A stretch of DNA of 64,000 nucleotides from an uncultured delta proteobacterium (GTDB lineage Bacteria; Desulfobacterota; Binatia; UBA9968), in the NCBI GenBank assembly GCA_963727625.1, contig CAVSHR010000009.1:128001-192000 (forward strand), given 5' to 3'. Of this stretch, positions 40,912-51,220 are shown in pieces (the first letter of the stretch is position 1; each line of letters starts with the position of its first letter). Position numbers and translations under genes: made by a program. The notes beneath the pieces are model-generated. The model was given only the letters and a program-made list of their open reading frames with translations. It was not told the origin of the DNA and searched no databases.

Positions 40912-42408
40912 ATGACGCATGCAGATAACAACCCTGCCGCCGCGCGATTTGCCTTCGACAATACCTATGCGCGCGAACTCGAGGGTTTCTACGTGCCTTG
41001 GAAGTCGGCGCAAGTGGCGCGGCCCAGGTTGATTAAGCTCAACCGTGAGCTGGCTGAAGAATTGGCGCTGGATGCCGGTGCTCTCGATTCCGAGGAAGGC
41101 GCAAGAATCTTTGCCGGCAATGAGACACCCGAGGGAGCGGTCCCCTTGGCCCAAGCGTACGCCGGCCACCAGTTCGGCGGCTTCGCGCCCCAACTTGGCG
41201 ACGGGCGGGCGCTGCTGCTGGGCGAGGTGATCGACCGCAGCGGACGTCGTCGTGACATTCAGCTCAAAGGTTCGGGCCCCACCCCCTTTTCGCGTGCCGG
41301 CGACGGCCGGGCAGCCCTCGGGCCCGTGTTGCGTGAATATCTGATCGGCGAAGCGATGCACGCGCTTGGTATCCCGACCACCCGGGCGCTTGCCGCAGTC
41401 GTCACGGGCGAGCCCGTCTATCGCGAGACTGCGCTGCCGGGCGCGGTTTTGACGCGCGTCGCTGCCAGCCACATCCGTGTCGGCACCTTCCAAATCTTCG
41501 CCGCCCGCGGCGAGGCGGGCAAGGTGCGTCGCCTGGCCGATTACGTCATCGATCGCCATTACCCGGAGCTGAAGGGCCACACGAACCCTTATCTGGGATT
41601 GATCGAGCGCGTGTGCGACCAACAAGCGGCGCTCATTGCCGGCTGGATGCATGTGGGCTTCATCCATGGCGTGATGAACACCGACAATATGGCGATCTCC
41701 GGTGAGACGATCGACTACGGACCATGCGCCTTCATGGATCATTATGATCCGGCCACCGTCTTCAGCTCCATCGACGCGCGCGGCCGCTATGCCTACGCCA
41801 ATCAGCCCAACATAGCGCAGTGGAACCTCGCGCGGCTGGCGGAGACGCTCTTACCCCTGATCGATGCTGATAAACACCGCGCCATCGCACGCGCCACCGA
41901 GACGGTCAACGCCTTTCCGGAACAATACCAACGCCGCTGGCTCAAAGGCATGCGCGCCAAGCTCGGCCTGATCGATGAGGACGAGGCCGACCTCAACCTC
42001 GCCGAGGGATTTCTCAAGGCCATGCAAGGCAACAAAGCCGATTTCACGCTGGCTTTCCGTTACCTCGCCGATGCGGCCTTAGGCCAGGAGAAATCACTTC
42101 GCGCGCTGTTTGCCGATCCGTCGGCCTACGATGACTGGAGCAGACACTGGCGGGCGCGACTTTCGCGCGAGGCGGTGGCACCTTCGGAGCGAGCGCAGGC
42201 GATGCGGCGCGCCAATCCCGCGTTCATTCCGCGCAATCATCGAGTCGAGGAAGCCTTGAGCGCTGCAGTGGAACGGGACGATTACGCGCCTTTTACGACG
42301 CTGCTGAATATCCTATCACGCCCCTTCGACGATCAGCCGGAGCTTGCCGCCTTCGCCGAACCTGCGCCGGAAGGACGCGAGCGCTACCAAACTTTCTGAG
42401 GCACATGA
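40912..42408 (+). CDS. selO: Protein adenylyltransferase SelO/YdiU; candidate selenoprotein (TGA at 42397 = Sec, stop at 42406-42408)
   Basis: [56 protein letters not shown]. 3' end TAC CAA ACT TTC TGA GGC ACA TGA reads YQTF(U)GT*, against the usual Y.TFCGT. Confidence 0.9.
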
Positions 42409-42432
42409 CTCACGCGTCCGGGTGACGCGAAG
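42400..42432 (+). promoter_or_regulatory. Putative bacterial SECIS element
   Basis: Stem CGCGTC (42413-42418) / GACGCG (42424-42429) with loop CGGGT beginning 19 nt after the in-frame TGA; G at the second loop position. Confidence 0.55.
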
Positions 42433-42533
42433 AATTTTCCAGGGGAAAATTTGACACATTTGGATGGTCGCGCAATTCTTCCATCGAAACGAATCGCTTG
42501 TGGATGTTTGAAAAGGAGCTAGGTCGACGCGGC

Positions 42534-43289
42534 ATGGCGCAAAAATTCTACGTAGTATGGGCAGGGCGGCAGACCGGCGTATTCACTGATTGGGCGACTA
42601 CTCTGCGGGCCGTGGACGGGTATGCTGGGGCGCGCTTCAAGTCCTATCCGACCCGCGCGGATGCAGAGGAAGCTTTTCGCAGCGGCGCCGCAAGCGTTGG
42701 GCCCAAAACGCCGAGCAAGCAAAAGAGCGGCACAGATAATAGCGAACACCGCGCCGCGCATACCGCTCACCGGTTCGATGTCAGCATTTATTGCGACGGC
42801 GCCTGCGAACCCAACCCCGGCAATGCCGGCTCCGGCATCGTGGTGTATCGAGCCGGCAAACTCGCTGAATTATGGTATGGCCTGTACAACCCCATGGGGA
42901 CCAACAACACCGCCGAACTGAACGCGCTCTATCACGCCTTGCGCATGGCCGAAGCAGAAATCAAAGCCGGCCACACCGTCGAGGTGTGCAGCGACTCCGC
43001 GTACTCGATCAACTGCATTCGGAGTTGGGCACCGAACTGGGAAAAAAAAAGCTGGAAAAAACCCGGCGGCGAAATCAAGAACCTGGAAATCATCCAGGAC
43101 TGTTACGCGATCTACCGGCGCATTAAAAAAGAACTCACGCTCACCCACGTCGCCGGCCACGCCGGAACCGAAGGCAACGAGCTCGCCGACCGCATGGCCA
43201 TGCTCGGCGCGCAGCGTAAAGAAAAAAAACTGCGTCTGTATCGGGAAAAATTGCATATTCCGACGCTGCTCAAGCTGCGGGCGGGGTGA
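42534..43289 (+). CDS. rnhA: Ribonuclease HI with N-terminal hybrid-binding (Cauli_VI/viroplasmin) domain
   Basis: KFYVVWAGRQTGVFTDW, IYCDGAC..NPG, TNNTAEL, SDSAY, IKNLE, HVAGHAG..GNELAD. Confidence 0.9.
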   Translation: MAQKFYVVWAGRQTGVFTDWATTLRAVDGYAGARFKSYPTRADAEEAFRSGAASVGPKTPSKQKSGTDNSEHRAAHTAHRFDVSIYCDGACEPNPGNAGSGIVVYRAGKLAELWYGLYNPMGTNNTAELNALYHALRMAEAEIKAGHTVEVCSDSAYSINCIRSWAPNWEKKSWKKPGGEIKNLEIIQDCYAIYRRIKKELTLTHVAGHAGTEGNELADRMAMLGAQRKEKKLRLYREKLHIPTLLKLRAG

Positions 43290-43369
43290 TCAAGAACATA
43301 TGCTTATGCTAACGAGAGCCAATACGCTTGAACTTGAAGGAACCGCCAAGGACCTTTCAAGCCCGATCA

Positions 43370-44464
43370 TTAATGCTTCCCCGTGGCCGAAACGTAGCCG
43401 GTCTCTGCTAATTTGCCGCCTCGCGCATTGTTCCCGCCGCCGCTCACCGATAACGATTCAGGCATATTGAACTTGCGCCGATAGGCGCTCGCCGTGAGAC
43501 CCGTGAGGCGCTTGAATAGGCGGCGGAAAAAAGTTGGGTCTTCGTAACCAACTTGCCAGCCGATTTCATCCACCGGAGCATTCGTTCGTTCCAACCGCCG
43601 CTTGGCGTCGTCGATGCGCAAGCGCTGGACATATTCGATGGGCGCGCATCCCGTCGCTTTCTTGAAGCGGCGCTTAAAGCTGCGCTCGGCGACGCCGGAA
43701 AGACGCGCGGCTTGCTCGACGGGGCGCGCTACCGAGAAGTGCCCGTTCAGCCATTTCTGGACCTCAATGATCACGGAATCGCCGTGATCCATCGCCGGCT
43801 CGAACATGACATAGGGCGACAAACCCTCGACGTGCCACTGAAAGGCAAAAAACTTGGCGATCCCTTGCGCGGCGGTTGGGCCGGCATGCTGAGAAATCAA
43901 GTACAAAATCAAGTCATGCCACGACGTCGATGCCCCCGACATGATAAATCGATCGCGCTCCCCGACTGCCACCAATGCTTTCTCGAGGCGCAAATGTACG
44001 TTGGGAAAATTTTTCCGAAAGGTTGGCCCGTAAATCCAGTGAAGCGTAGCTTCTTTACCATCCAACAAACCGGTTTCTGCCAATAAAAGCACACCGGAAC
44101 AGGTTGAACACAACTGCGCCCCTTTTTTATGCATATCCGTCAACCAACGGATGACGTTGGGGTACCTGCCCTTGTGCCACTCGCCTCGCTCAACGAGCAC
44201 CGAAGGGATGATAATCACATCGGTGAAAGTTACGTCCTCGATCCAACGCGTCACTGGGATCGGAATCCCGCTCGCTGTTTGCGCTACGCCGCGCTCTGTC
44301 GAAATAATTTCAACGTTGAATGGGGCTTCAAGTGGCAATGCATCATTGTATGTCGAGAGCAACGGAAAAGAGTTCAACACGTCGTATAGACCGATCAAGG
44401 TCGAAGCCATGACCTCGGGAAACACTAACAAACTAACATGGAGCGATTTTTTCCCGGTCACCAT
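43370..44464 (-). CDS. GlxA/FtrA-type AraC regulator with DJ-1/PfpI domain
   Basis: STCSGVLLLAETGLLDGKEATLHW, RSFKRRFKKATG, VGYEDPTFFRRLFKR. Divergent from the methyltransferase. Confidence 0.9.
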   Translation of the reverse strand: MVTGKKSLHVSLLVFPEVMASTLIGLYDVLNSFPLLSTYNDALPLEAPFNVEIISTERGVAQTASGIPIPVTRWIEDVTFTDVIIIPSVLVERGEWHKGRYPNVIRWLTDMHKKGAQLCSTCSGVLLLAETGLLDGKEATLHWIYGPTFRKNFPNVHLRLEKALVAVGERDRFIMSGASTSWHDLILYLISQHAGPTAAQGIAKFFAFQWHVEGLSPYVMFEPAMDHGDSVIIEVQKWLNGHFSVARPVEQAARLSGVAERSFKRRFKKATGCAPIEYVQRLRIDDAKRRLERTNAPVDEIGWQVGYEDPTFFRRLFKRLTGLTASAYRRKFNMPESLSVSGGGNNARGGKLAETGYVSATGKH

Positions 44465-44581
44465 CGATTATCCCCCTCTGGCACGAACGAACCGTTTCTG
44501 ACCTTTTCCGCTCTTACCCAATCAGCAACAGAAGATTACCTTGGCAAGCATAAGTACAATCCAATTTAGGAGGATAAACCC

Positions 44582-45640
44582 ATGAAGGTCAACGAACAAA
44601 AGCTCAAAACATTAGTTGAAACAGCCGTCACCGATCTTGCTGCGGGTTACGGCGGCGTGATGATCGGTTTGGGACACAAACTGGGACTGTACAAGGTGAT
44701 GGCCGGTCGGGGGCCGCTAAGCTCCGTTGAAGTTGCCAAATCCGGCGGCTGCGCTGAGCGCTACGTGCGCGAATGGCTCAATAGCCAAGCGGCCGCTGGA
44801 TATGTCGACTACCACTCTTCCAGCCAAACCTACGAACTCACACCCGAACAAGCGATGGTCCTGGCTGACGAAGACAGCCCGGTATTTTTTCCGCCGGCCT
44901 GGGAAGTACCGCTAGCGATGTGGTTCGACGAGGACAAAGCACTCGATGCGTTCCGCACCGGCAAGGGTATCGGTTGGGACGATCATAGCGCCCCCTTGTA
45001 CCATGGCGTGGCGGCATTTTATCGCAACGCCTATCAAAACCATCTTGTTGCAGATTGGCTGCCGGCGCTAACAGGCGTCGTCACGAAATTACAGGCCGGT
45101 GCAAGAGTTGCCGATATCGGCTGCGGCCATGGTTACTCCACCATCTTCATGGCCGAAGCTTATCCCGAGTCACGCTTTTGGGGTTTCGATTTTCACTCGG
45201 GCTCGATCGCCGTCGCGCAACGCCAAGCGCGGGAGCGCGGCGTCATTGACCGGGTGAACTTCGAGGTCGCTGACGCCAAGACGTATCCCGCGCAAAATTT
45301 TGACTTGATCTGCTTTTTTGACTGCCTTCACGACATGGGCGATCCGGTTGGGGCGGCTCGGCACGCGCGCGAGTCGTTGGCCAATAATGGATCGGTCATG
45401 CTCGTTGAGCCCTTTGCTAACGACTGCATCGAAGACAATTTGAATCCCATCGGGCGTATATATTATTCGGCCTCGACAACTCTTTGTTGCGCCCATTCAT
45501 TATCCGAAGACGGCGGGGTTGCGCTCGGCGCTCAAGCAGGCGAACAGAAATTAGCCCGCGTCTTTGAGAAGGCCGGATTCAGTAAATTTCGTTGCGCTAT
45601 GAAAACACCCTTCAATTTGATTCTCGAAGCACAGCCGTGA
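44582..45640 (+). CDS. Class I SAM-dependent methyltransferase with N-terminal winged-helix (Rv2258c-like)
   Basis: GHKLGLYK, ERYVREWL, VADIGCGHG, FDCLHDMGDP, ALGAQAGE, TPFNLILEA. Confidence 0.9.
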   Translation: MKVNEQKLKTLVETAVTDLAAGYGGVMIGLGHKLGLYKVMAGRGPLSSVEVAKSGGCAERYVREWLNSQAAAGYVDYHSSSQTYELTPEQAMVLADEDSPVFFPPAWEVPLAMWFDEDKALDAFRTGKGIGWDDHSAPLYHGVAAFYRNAYQNHLVADWLPALTGVVTKLQAGARVADIGCGHGYSTIFMAEAYPESRFWGFDFHSGSIAVAQRQARERGVIDRVNFEVADAKTYPAQNFDLICFFDCLHDMGDPVGAARHARESLANNGSVMLVEPFANDCIEDNLNPIGRIYYSASTTLCCAHSLSEDGGVALGAQAGEQKLARVFEKAGFSKFRCAMKTPFNLILEAQP

Positions 45641-45782
45641 GAGGAGCAATGGCCACCCAATGACTATCATACGCTACGCAGGTTCCTGTAGTATGTAACA
45701 TGTAGGCTCCAACGCCCTCGAACCTTTCGAGGAATATGCAGGAAAGGGCCGCTTCCCATGAAGCGGTAGCGAATCGCAAACG

Positions 45783-46949
45783 ATGAAGCACAGCAAGGAA
45801 AGAATTCTCACCACCCACGTCGGCAGCCTGACGCGCCCGGTGGAAATCATCGACGCCATGCGGGCCAGAGTGAACAAAGAGCCCTACGACCGGGAACTTT
45901 TTGCCGAGAGTTTACGCAAAGGCGTAGCGGAGGTCGTGCGCGCACAGGCCGAAGTCGGTATCGACGTCGTCAGCGACGGCGAGTTCAGCAAGTCGGGCTT
46001 CGCGGCTTATATCAACGAACGGCTCGGCGGATTCGAGCGCCGGCCGGGCAATCCCGGCGACTCCGGCGTATCGCGAGGCAAGGACCGCAGGGACTTCGCC
46101 GACTTCTATCGCGAGTATGACCGCCTTACGCAGTCCCATCGTCCGGTGAGGGTGAGATGGGTGTGCACCGGGCCGATCACCTACGATCCGACCCTCCTCC
46201 GGATCGATATCGCCAATTTCAAAGCGGCGCTGGCGGTCGTACCCGTGGCAGAAGCGTTCATGCCGGTGGCCGCGCCGATCACCGTGGAGACCGACCGCCC
46301 GAACGAGTACTACCCGAGCCAGGAAGCTTACCTATACGCCATCGCGGATGCGCTCAAGCAGGAGTACAAGGCGATTGTCGACGCCGGCTTTCTGGTCCAA
46401 CTGGACGATCCCTGGATTACCGCGCGCTGGGATCAGATGCTGCCCAACATCGATCTGAAAGGATTTCAAAACTTTTGTGAAACGCGGATCGAAGCGACCA
46501 ACTACGCATTGGCGGACATTCCGCGGGAGCGCATCCGCTACCACATCTGCTGGGGCAGCTGGCATGGGCCGCACAGCACGGACATCCCGATCAAGCACAT
46601 TCAGTCGCTAATCCTGAAGGTCAAGGCCGGCGCCTATCTCTTCGAAGCGGCCAACGTGCGCCATGAGCATGAATGGGCGGTGTGGCAGGACGTCAAGCCG
46701 CCGGAGGGAACGGTGCTAATCCCCGGCGTCGTCACCCACGCGACAAATCTAATAGAGCACCCCGAGCTCGTGGCGCAGCGCATTGTCCGGCTCGCCAAGC
46801 TCGTCGGACGGGAAAACGTCCTCGCCGGCACCGACTGCGGCTTTTCCCAGGGCCCCTTCAGCGCCAAGGTCCACCCATCGATCCAGTGGGCAAAGCTCAA
46901 GGCGTTGGTCGAGGGGACGGAGCTGGCGAGCAAGGAGCTGTGGCCTTAA
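45783..46949 (+). CDS. Cobalamin-independent methionine synthase II family (single-barrel MetE-like / epoxyalkane:CoM transferase-like)
   Basis: TTHVGSL.RP, SDGEFSK, QLDDP, Zn ligands HICWG, FEAAN, TDCGF. Confidence 0.88.
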   Translation: MKHSKERILTTHVGSLTRPVEIIDAMRARVNKEPYDRELFAESLRKGVAEVVRAQAEVGIDVVSDGEFSKSGFAAYINERLGGFERRPGNPGDSGVSRGKDRRDFADFYREYDRLTQSHRPVRVRWVCTGPITYDPTLLRIDIANFKAALAVVPVAEAFMPVAAPITVETDRPNEYYPSQEAYLYAIADALKQEYKAIVDAGFLVQLDDPWITARWDQMLPNIDLKGFQNFCETRIEATNYALADIPRERIRYHICWGSWHGPHSTDIPIKHIQSLILKVKAGAYLFEAANVRHEHEWAVWQDVKPPEGTVLIPGVVTHATNLIEHPELVAQRIVRLAKLVGRENVLAGTDCGFSQGPFSAKVHPSIQWAKLKALVEGTELASKELWP

Positions 46950-47078
46950 GGCTGTTTGTGGGCTGTTCGCGCTTTCCCCTGAATCAGGATTATCAAGAAT
47001 GGAAAGCCCGGCTCCGGACTTCGACCTGTGATGATGAAATTTTTGAGTTCGACAAACAATTTAGCATCCGCTGGACTG

Positions 47079-47127
47079 ATAAACGGCTTGAACGGAGCGA
47101 AGCGATTGAACGGTTTGAACGGCTTAG
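47079..47127. repeat. Copy of the dispersed 9-mer-based repeat (inverted relative to 58562-58654)
   Basis: aaacggcttgaacggagcgaagcgattgaacggtttgaacgg; the reverse complement matches gttccattgcttcgctccgttccagtcgttt at ~58594-58624. Confidence 0.75.
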
Positions 47128-47220
47128 CCATTCAGTAATGAAAGTCACAGTTGAAAACTTTGCAACTTTCACGGGTGAAATAAAAAGCTAAAAAGCAAAT
47201 ACGCCGTTTCCGATTTTCCG

Positions 47221-48123
47221 ATGGCTGAAAACCTCTCCGACATGTTCGTAACCACCGAGCCAGCCTTGCTGACCACCGGCTGGGGCCGCACCGAAGGACC
47301 GCTCTGGCATTCTGGCGGGTATGTGACCTTTGTGGATATGGAAGCGAGCCGGCTTCTGCGCTGGGACCCAAACGGGTCGGTAAGGGTCGTGCGCAAGAAT
47401 ACCGGAGAGGGAAACGGCTGCACCCTCGACCGCCAGGGCCGTCTTATCATGTGCGAAGGCGCCGATCACCGGCGCATCACCCGGATGGCAGCAGACGGCA
47501 CGGTCACGGCCATCGCCGAGCGCTGGCAAGAAAAACGGTTCAACAAGCCCAACGACGTGGTGTGCCGCTCCGACGGCAGCATCTATTTCACCGACCCCGA
47601 GCTGCGTGTTCCAGCAGGGCTGCGGGAGATCGGCTTTTCCGGCGTATTTCGCATCGACCCGAGCGGCAACGTGCATCTGGCCACCGACGAGTGCGAGTAC
47701 CCCAACGGCCTGGCGTTCTCTCCCGATGAGTCGGTGCTGTACATAGCGATCAGCCGGCTGGACGAGCGCTGTTTCCAGGAAGCCGAACGCGGCGAGGTTT
47801 GTACCCATCGGCGTATCCGAGCCTTCGACGTCGCCCCCGACGGCACTCTCAGCAACAACCGCGTGTTCTGTGATATGTCCTCGGCGGCGCCCGGCGTCCC
47901 CGACGGCATGAAAGTCGATACCAAAGGTCGACTGTTTTGCGTCGGCTCCGGCGGCATCTGGGTGATAGCTCCATCGGGTGCGGTCATCTGTATCGTCAAG
48001 ATGCCGGAGGTGATTCGCAACCTCGCTTTCGGCGGACCGGACTTTCGCACCCTGTATCTCACCCCACGCAGTTCGCTCTTAAAACTCGAGGTCAAAACGT
48101 CAGGGATTGGGGCATTCAATTAG
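47221..48123 (+). CDS. SMP-30/gluconolactonase family protein
   Basis: TEGPLW, RFNKPND, IYFTDP, PNGLAFSPDE, PDGMKVD, NLAFGG. Confidence 0.92.
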   Translation: MAENLSDMFVTTEPALLTTGWGRTEGPLWHSGGYVTFVDMEASRLLRWDPNGSVRVVRKNTGEGNGCTLDRQGRLIMCEGADHRRITRMAADGTVTAIAERWQEKRFNKPNDVVCRSDGSIYFTDPELRVPAGLREIGFSGVFRIDPSGNVHLATDECEYPNGLAFSPDESVLYIAISRLDERCFQEAERGEVCTHRRIRAFDVAPDGTLSNNRVFCDMSSAAPGVPDGMKVDTKGRLFCVGSGGIWVIAPSGAVICIVKMPEVIRNLAFGGPDFRTLYLTPRSSLLKLEVKTSGIGAFN

Positions 48124-48161
48124 TCGGACGCTAAGTGCAAAACCTCACCGGTAGGAACTAA

Positions 48162-48326
48162 ATGGCAGCGGAGCTCATAAGCATGCATCCGCTCAAAATT
48201 CTCAAACCGCCGGTCGAGATCCCGGGATTCACCATGTGCCAGGGCTGTCATGAGATCCACCGTAATGATCCGGGTCACCGGTGGCTGCGCGATGCGCTTA
48301 TCGATGCCGCCAAGGAAAGAAACTAA
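48162..48326 (+). pseudogene. C-terminal remnant of a LysR-type regulator (NahR/LeuO-like)
   Basis: Translates LKILKPPVEIPGFTMCQGCHEIHRNDPGHRWLRD, resembling the LysR substrate-binding C-terminal motif WH...DP.HRWLR. No HTH part. Confidence 0.65.
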
Positions 48327-48702
48327 ATGAAGGCCGGCTCAAGACTGGCGCAATGCCAAATTTGCGTTAGATAAACTTACTGACCTTTCCGAGGGCTCGC
48401 GTGAAGATGTCGTCAAAAATCTCTTTACAGGATTCTTTTAAATCCTGCTACCTGCTAAATTCCAATGGTAGACGCCAGAACCCGACCCCAGAACCGGCCC
48501 GTAAATGATCCGGCGCGAGAATCGGAGTTGAGGATTTCCGGTCGAGTGCGCAACGCGGCCGCCCGTTTGGCGATGAGCGCTGGATCGTCGGATTTGCCCA
48601 TCGGCTTGGGCTAGAATTGACGCTGCTTTATCGGCCGGATAGAGTTCTAACCGGACCGCAGGAAGAGTAAAAAATTGATGATGCGGCTATGGAGGACACA
48701 CG

Positions 48703-49590
48703 ATGGAAGATAAAATGCGCGTTTGCATGCCACCCGATCCGAACCCGAAAAAGCCAAAGTTTACCCCGCCACCAAACACTTGCGATACCCATTGTCACAT
48801 CTTCGGACCGCCCCAAGTGTTTCCCTATTCCGAACGGCGACGTTACACACCGCCCGCTGCGCCAATCGAGCACTACTTGATGATGCTGGACGTCATCGGT
48901 GTTGACCGTGGCATCATCGTTCAGCCAAATGTTCACGACACCGACAATCGGGTGTCGGTTGACGCCATCGCGCGGAGCAACGGCAGGCTACGCGGAGTCG
49001 GACGCATCGATGACGACACCAGCGACAAAGAACTCGAGGAGATGCACCAAGGCGGCATACGGGGGATCCGTTTCGAGTTCGTCGAGGGTCGCCGCGGTAG
49101 CACGAACATTCCCCTCTTCGAACGCATGATCGAACGCATCCGCCCCTTCGGTTGGCATATCGAGCTTCATGTGGACCCCAAGGTGTTAGTGCAGCACGCG
49201 GATTGGTTTCGGGGCTTGGACTCGGTCTCGGTGGTCGACCATTTCGCGCGGCTTCGCAGCGCAGACGGGATCAATCAACCCGCCTTCAAGCTGTTGTTGG
49301 AGCTGATGGAACGACCCAATTACTGGGTCAAGATCTCCGGTGCCGATCAACGTACCGATGCACCCTATCCCTATGCTGACGTCGTGCCCTTTGCGCGCGC
49401 TTTGATCGCAGCCGCCCCGGACCGAATTCTCTGGGGCACCAACTGGCCACACTCCAACATGTTCGTGAATGGCCGCACGCCCAACGACGGGCTGCTGCTC
49501 AATCTCATGCTCGACTTCGCGCCTGACGAGTCGATAAGGAATCGGATCTTGGTGGATAACCCGGCTCGCATGTTCGGCTTCGACAAATGA
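48703..49590 (+). CDS. LigI-like amidohydrolase (2-pyrone-4,6-dicarboxylate lactonase family)
   Basis: CDTHCHIFGP, IVQP....TDN, GIRGIRF, VDHF, WVKISG, PDRILWGTNWPH, ILVDNPARMFGF. Confidence 0.88.
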   Translation: MEDKMRVCMPPDPNPKKPKFTPPPNTCDTHCHIFGPPQVFPYSERRRYTPPAAPIEHYLMMLDVIGVDRGIIVQPNVHDTDNRVSVDAIARSNGRLRGVGRIDDDTSDKELEEMHQGGIRGIRFEFVEGRRGSTNIPLFERMIERIRPFGWHIELHVDPKVLVQHADWFRGLDSVSVVDHFARLRSADGINQPAFKLLLELMERPNYWVKISGADQRTDAPYPYADVVPFARALIAAAPDRILWGTNWPHSNMFVNGRTPNDGLLLNLMLDFAPDESIRNRILVDNPARMFGFDK

Positions 49591-49727
49591 ACGTGACAAT
49601 TTATCCCGGACGTATGTCACGATCGCGGTCTGATCGGACCGATGGATCTATCGGCCGACGGTCATTGCACAAGCGGCGCTAAATAAAGTACTAGAGATTC
49701 GACATTGCTACAGCCAGGAGTGGGAAC

Positions 49728-50276
49728 ATGCCGAGAATACCGGCGTTGAGCCGAGACGAGATGGACGCGGAGCAGCAAAAGGTCTACGACGCGACCGTGG
49801 CACAGACGGGACGGGTCGGCCGCGGACCATCGGTTGGCTATGCCTATTCGCCGGGCCTGTGGCAGATTCACAACGCATCGAGCGCGCATCTGCTTGACTG
49901 TTCATTGACACCTGCGCAGGTTCGGATCGTGTCGTTGATGACCGCGCGACACTGGAACTCCGCTTACCCCTGGAGCGCACAAGCTGCGACCGCGTTGACC
50001 GCGGGCGTCGACCGCGCCGTGATTGAGGCCATCAACGCGGGGGAACAGCCGAAATTCACGGACAGCGCCGACGAGATGGTGCACGCCGTGGCGCGTGAAC
50101 TGCTGGCGACCGGATCGCTAACAGACGACATCTTCAAGGCCGCTGAATCGACGATTGGCTATCAGCGCCTCGCCGACGTGGTTGGAGTGATCGGTCATTT
50201 CTCTACAACTGCAATGATGGCAAATGTAGTTGGCGCCGAACCGCAGCCGGACGCGCCATCGCACCTCAAGCCGTAA
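49728..50276 (+). CDS. Carboxymuconolactone decarboxylase (AhpD-like) family protein
   Basis: MPRIP...EMDAEQQKVYD, LMTARHWNS.Y.W, all-helical pattern typical of the family. No CxxC. Confidence 0.75.
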   Translation: MPRIPALSRDEMDAEQQKVYDATVAQTGRVGRGPSVGYAYSPGLWQIHNASSAHLLDCSLTPAQVRIVSLMTARHWNSAYPWSAQAATALTAGVDRAVIEAINAGEQPKFTDSADEMVHAVARELLATGSLTDDIFKAAESTIGYQRLADVVGVIGHFSTTAMMANVVGAEPQPDAPSHLKP

Positions 50277-50631
50277 GCGCGAAGTTTGCGAAAAAGATGT
50301 GGCGGACGAGTTCCGGCAGCCATGGCTCTTCTGAAAACAAACAGGCCAGGCGACCCGCCAGGAGCCCGCTGCGGGGAAACAGCGACGGTTTTCGAAAAGG
50401 ACTGCCGAGCGCATCGCAGACTCGTTGCAGATCGCGCCACATGTGGTTCCCCTTGGCCGGATAAATATTGAAGGGAGAATCGTTCCAGCCTTGCGCCTTG
50501 AAGATCGGTCCACGCAGAAACGGCCGCCAGACCAATCGAACGCCCGCCCGTTGCGCGGCCTCTTCGATTCGGAGAGCCGCCGGATAAGAATAGCTGCTGG
50601 CGAACTCGAACCAGAATTCAATGGGTTTTAT
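50266..50631 (-). pseudogene. Truncated 2-hydroxychromene-2-carboxylate isomerase (DsbA/NahD family)
   Basis: Frame reads (ATA)KPIEFWFEFASSYSY...VWRPFLRGPIFKAQGWNDSPFNIYPAKG..MWRD. Start codon lost; C-terminal part missing where it meets the convergent gene. Confidence 0.8.
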
Positions 50632-50818
50632 AATAACGAGCCACCAATCGCATCCCTAGTAAGCCGCTGCTGAGATCGCTAAACCACTTTCCAACTTTCG
50701 GATCGGTCTCGATCTTTTTCCGCATACCTCGATGATCCCGGCTCGCTAAACCCTTGTCCAAATCTCCGAAGCGGTCACCGATCATCTGCTGCCGGACCTG
50801 TTTCTTGCAAAAATCCAG

Positions 50819-51220
50819 TCACCAGCGTTGATACGACAACCCCGGAATTCTCGGAAAGCTGCGCTCGTCGCGAGTGGTGACGATATAGCCCTTCGTCAAC
50901 GCCGTGGCGGCGATGATGAGATCGTGCGGACCGACCGCCGTTCCATTGGCTGAAAGCTCCGCAGAGAGCCGAGCGTGGATTCGGGCGGCAACGGCATCAA
51001 AAGAAATGACCGGGAACCGGGCCAGCAGGCCTTCGACAAAGGCCTCTCGTCTGCGGCGCTGCGCCGGGTTGGCGGCGCGATGAACCCCATGGAGCAACTC
51101 CGATGCGGTGATCGCCGAAATCGCAAAATCCTCCTCGGCGTATTCCGCCAACTGGGATTGTAGTTTGAGACGGTCCCGCTCCCAGGCGATTAGAACGCTC
51201 GAATCGATCAGGATCCCCAT
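50819..51220 (-). CDS. vapC: VapC / PIN-domain toxin
   Basis: ILIDSSVLI, SAITASELLHG, GPHDLIIAATA, TRDERSF.RIPGL. Confidence 0.92.
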   Translation of the reverse strand: MGILIDSSVLIAWERDRLKLQSQLAEYAEEDFAISAITASELLHGVHRAANPAQRRRREAFVEGLLARFPVISFDAVAARIHARLSAELSANGTAVGPHDLIIAATALTKGYIVTTRDERSFPRIPGLSYQRW

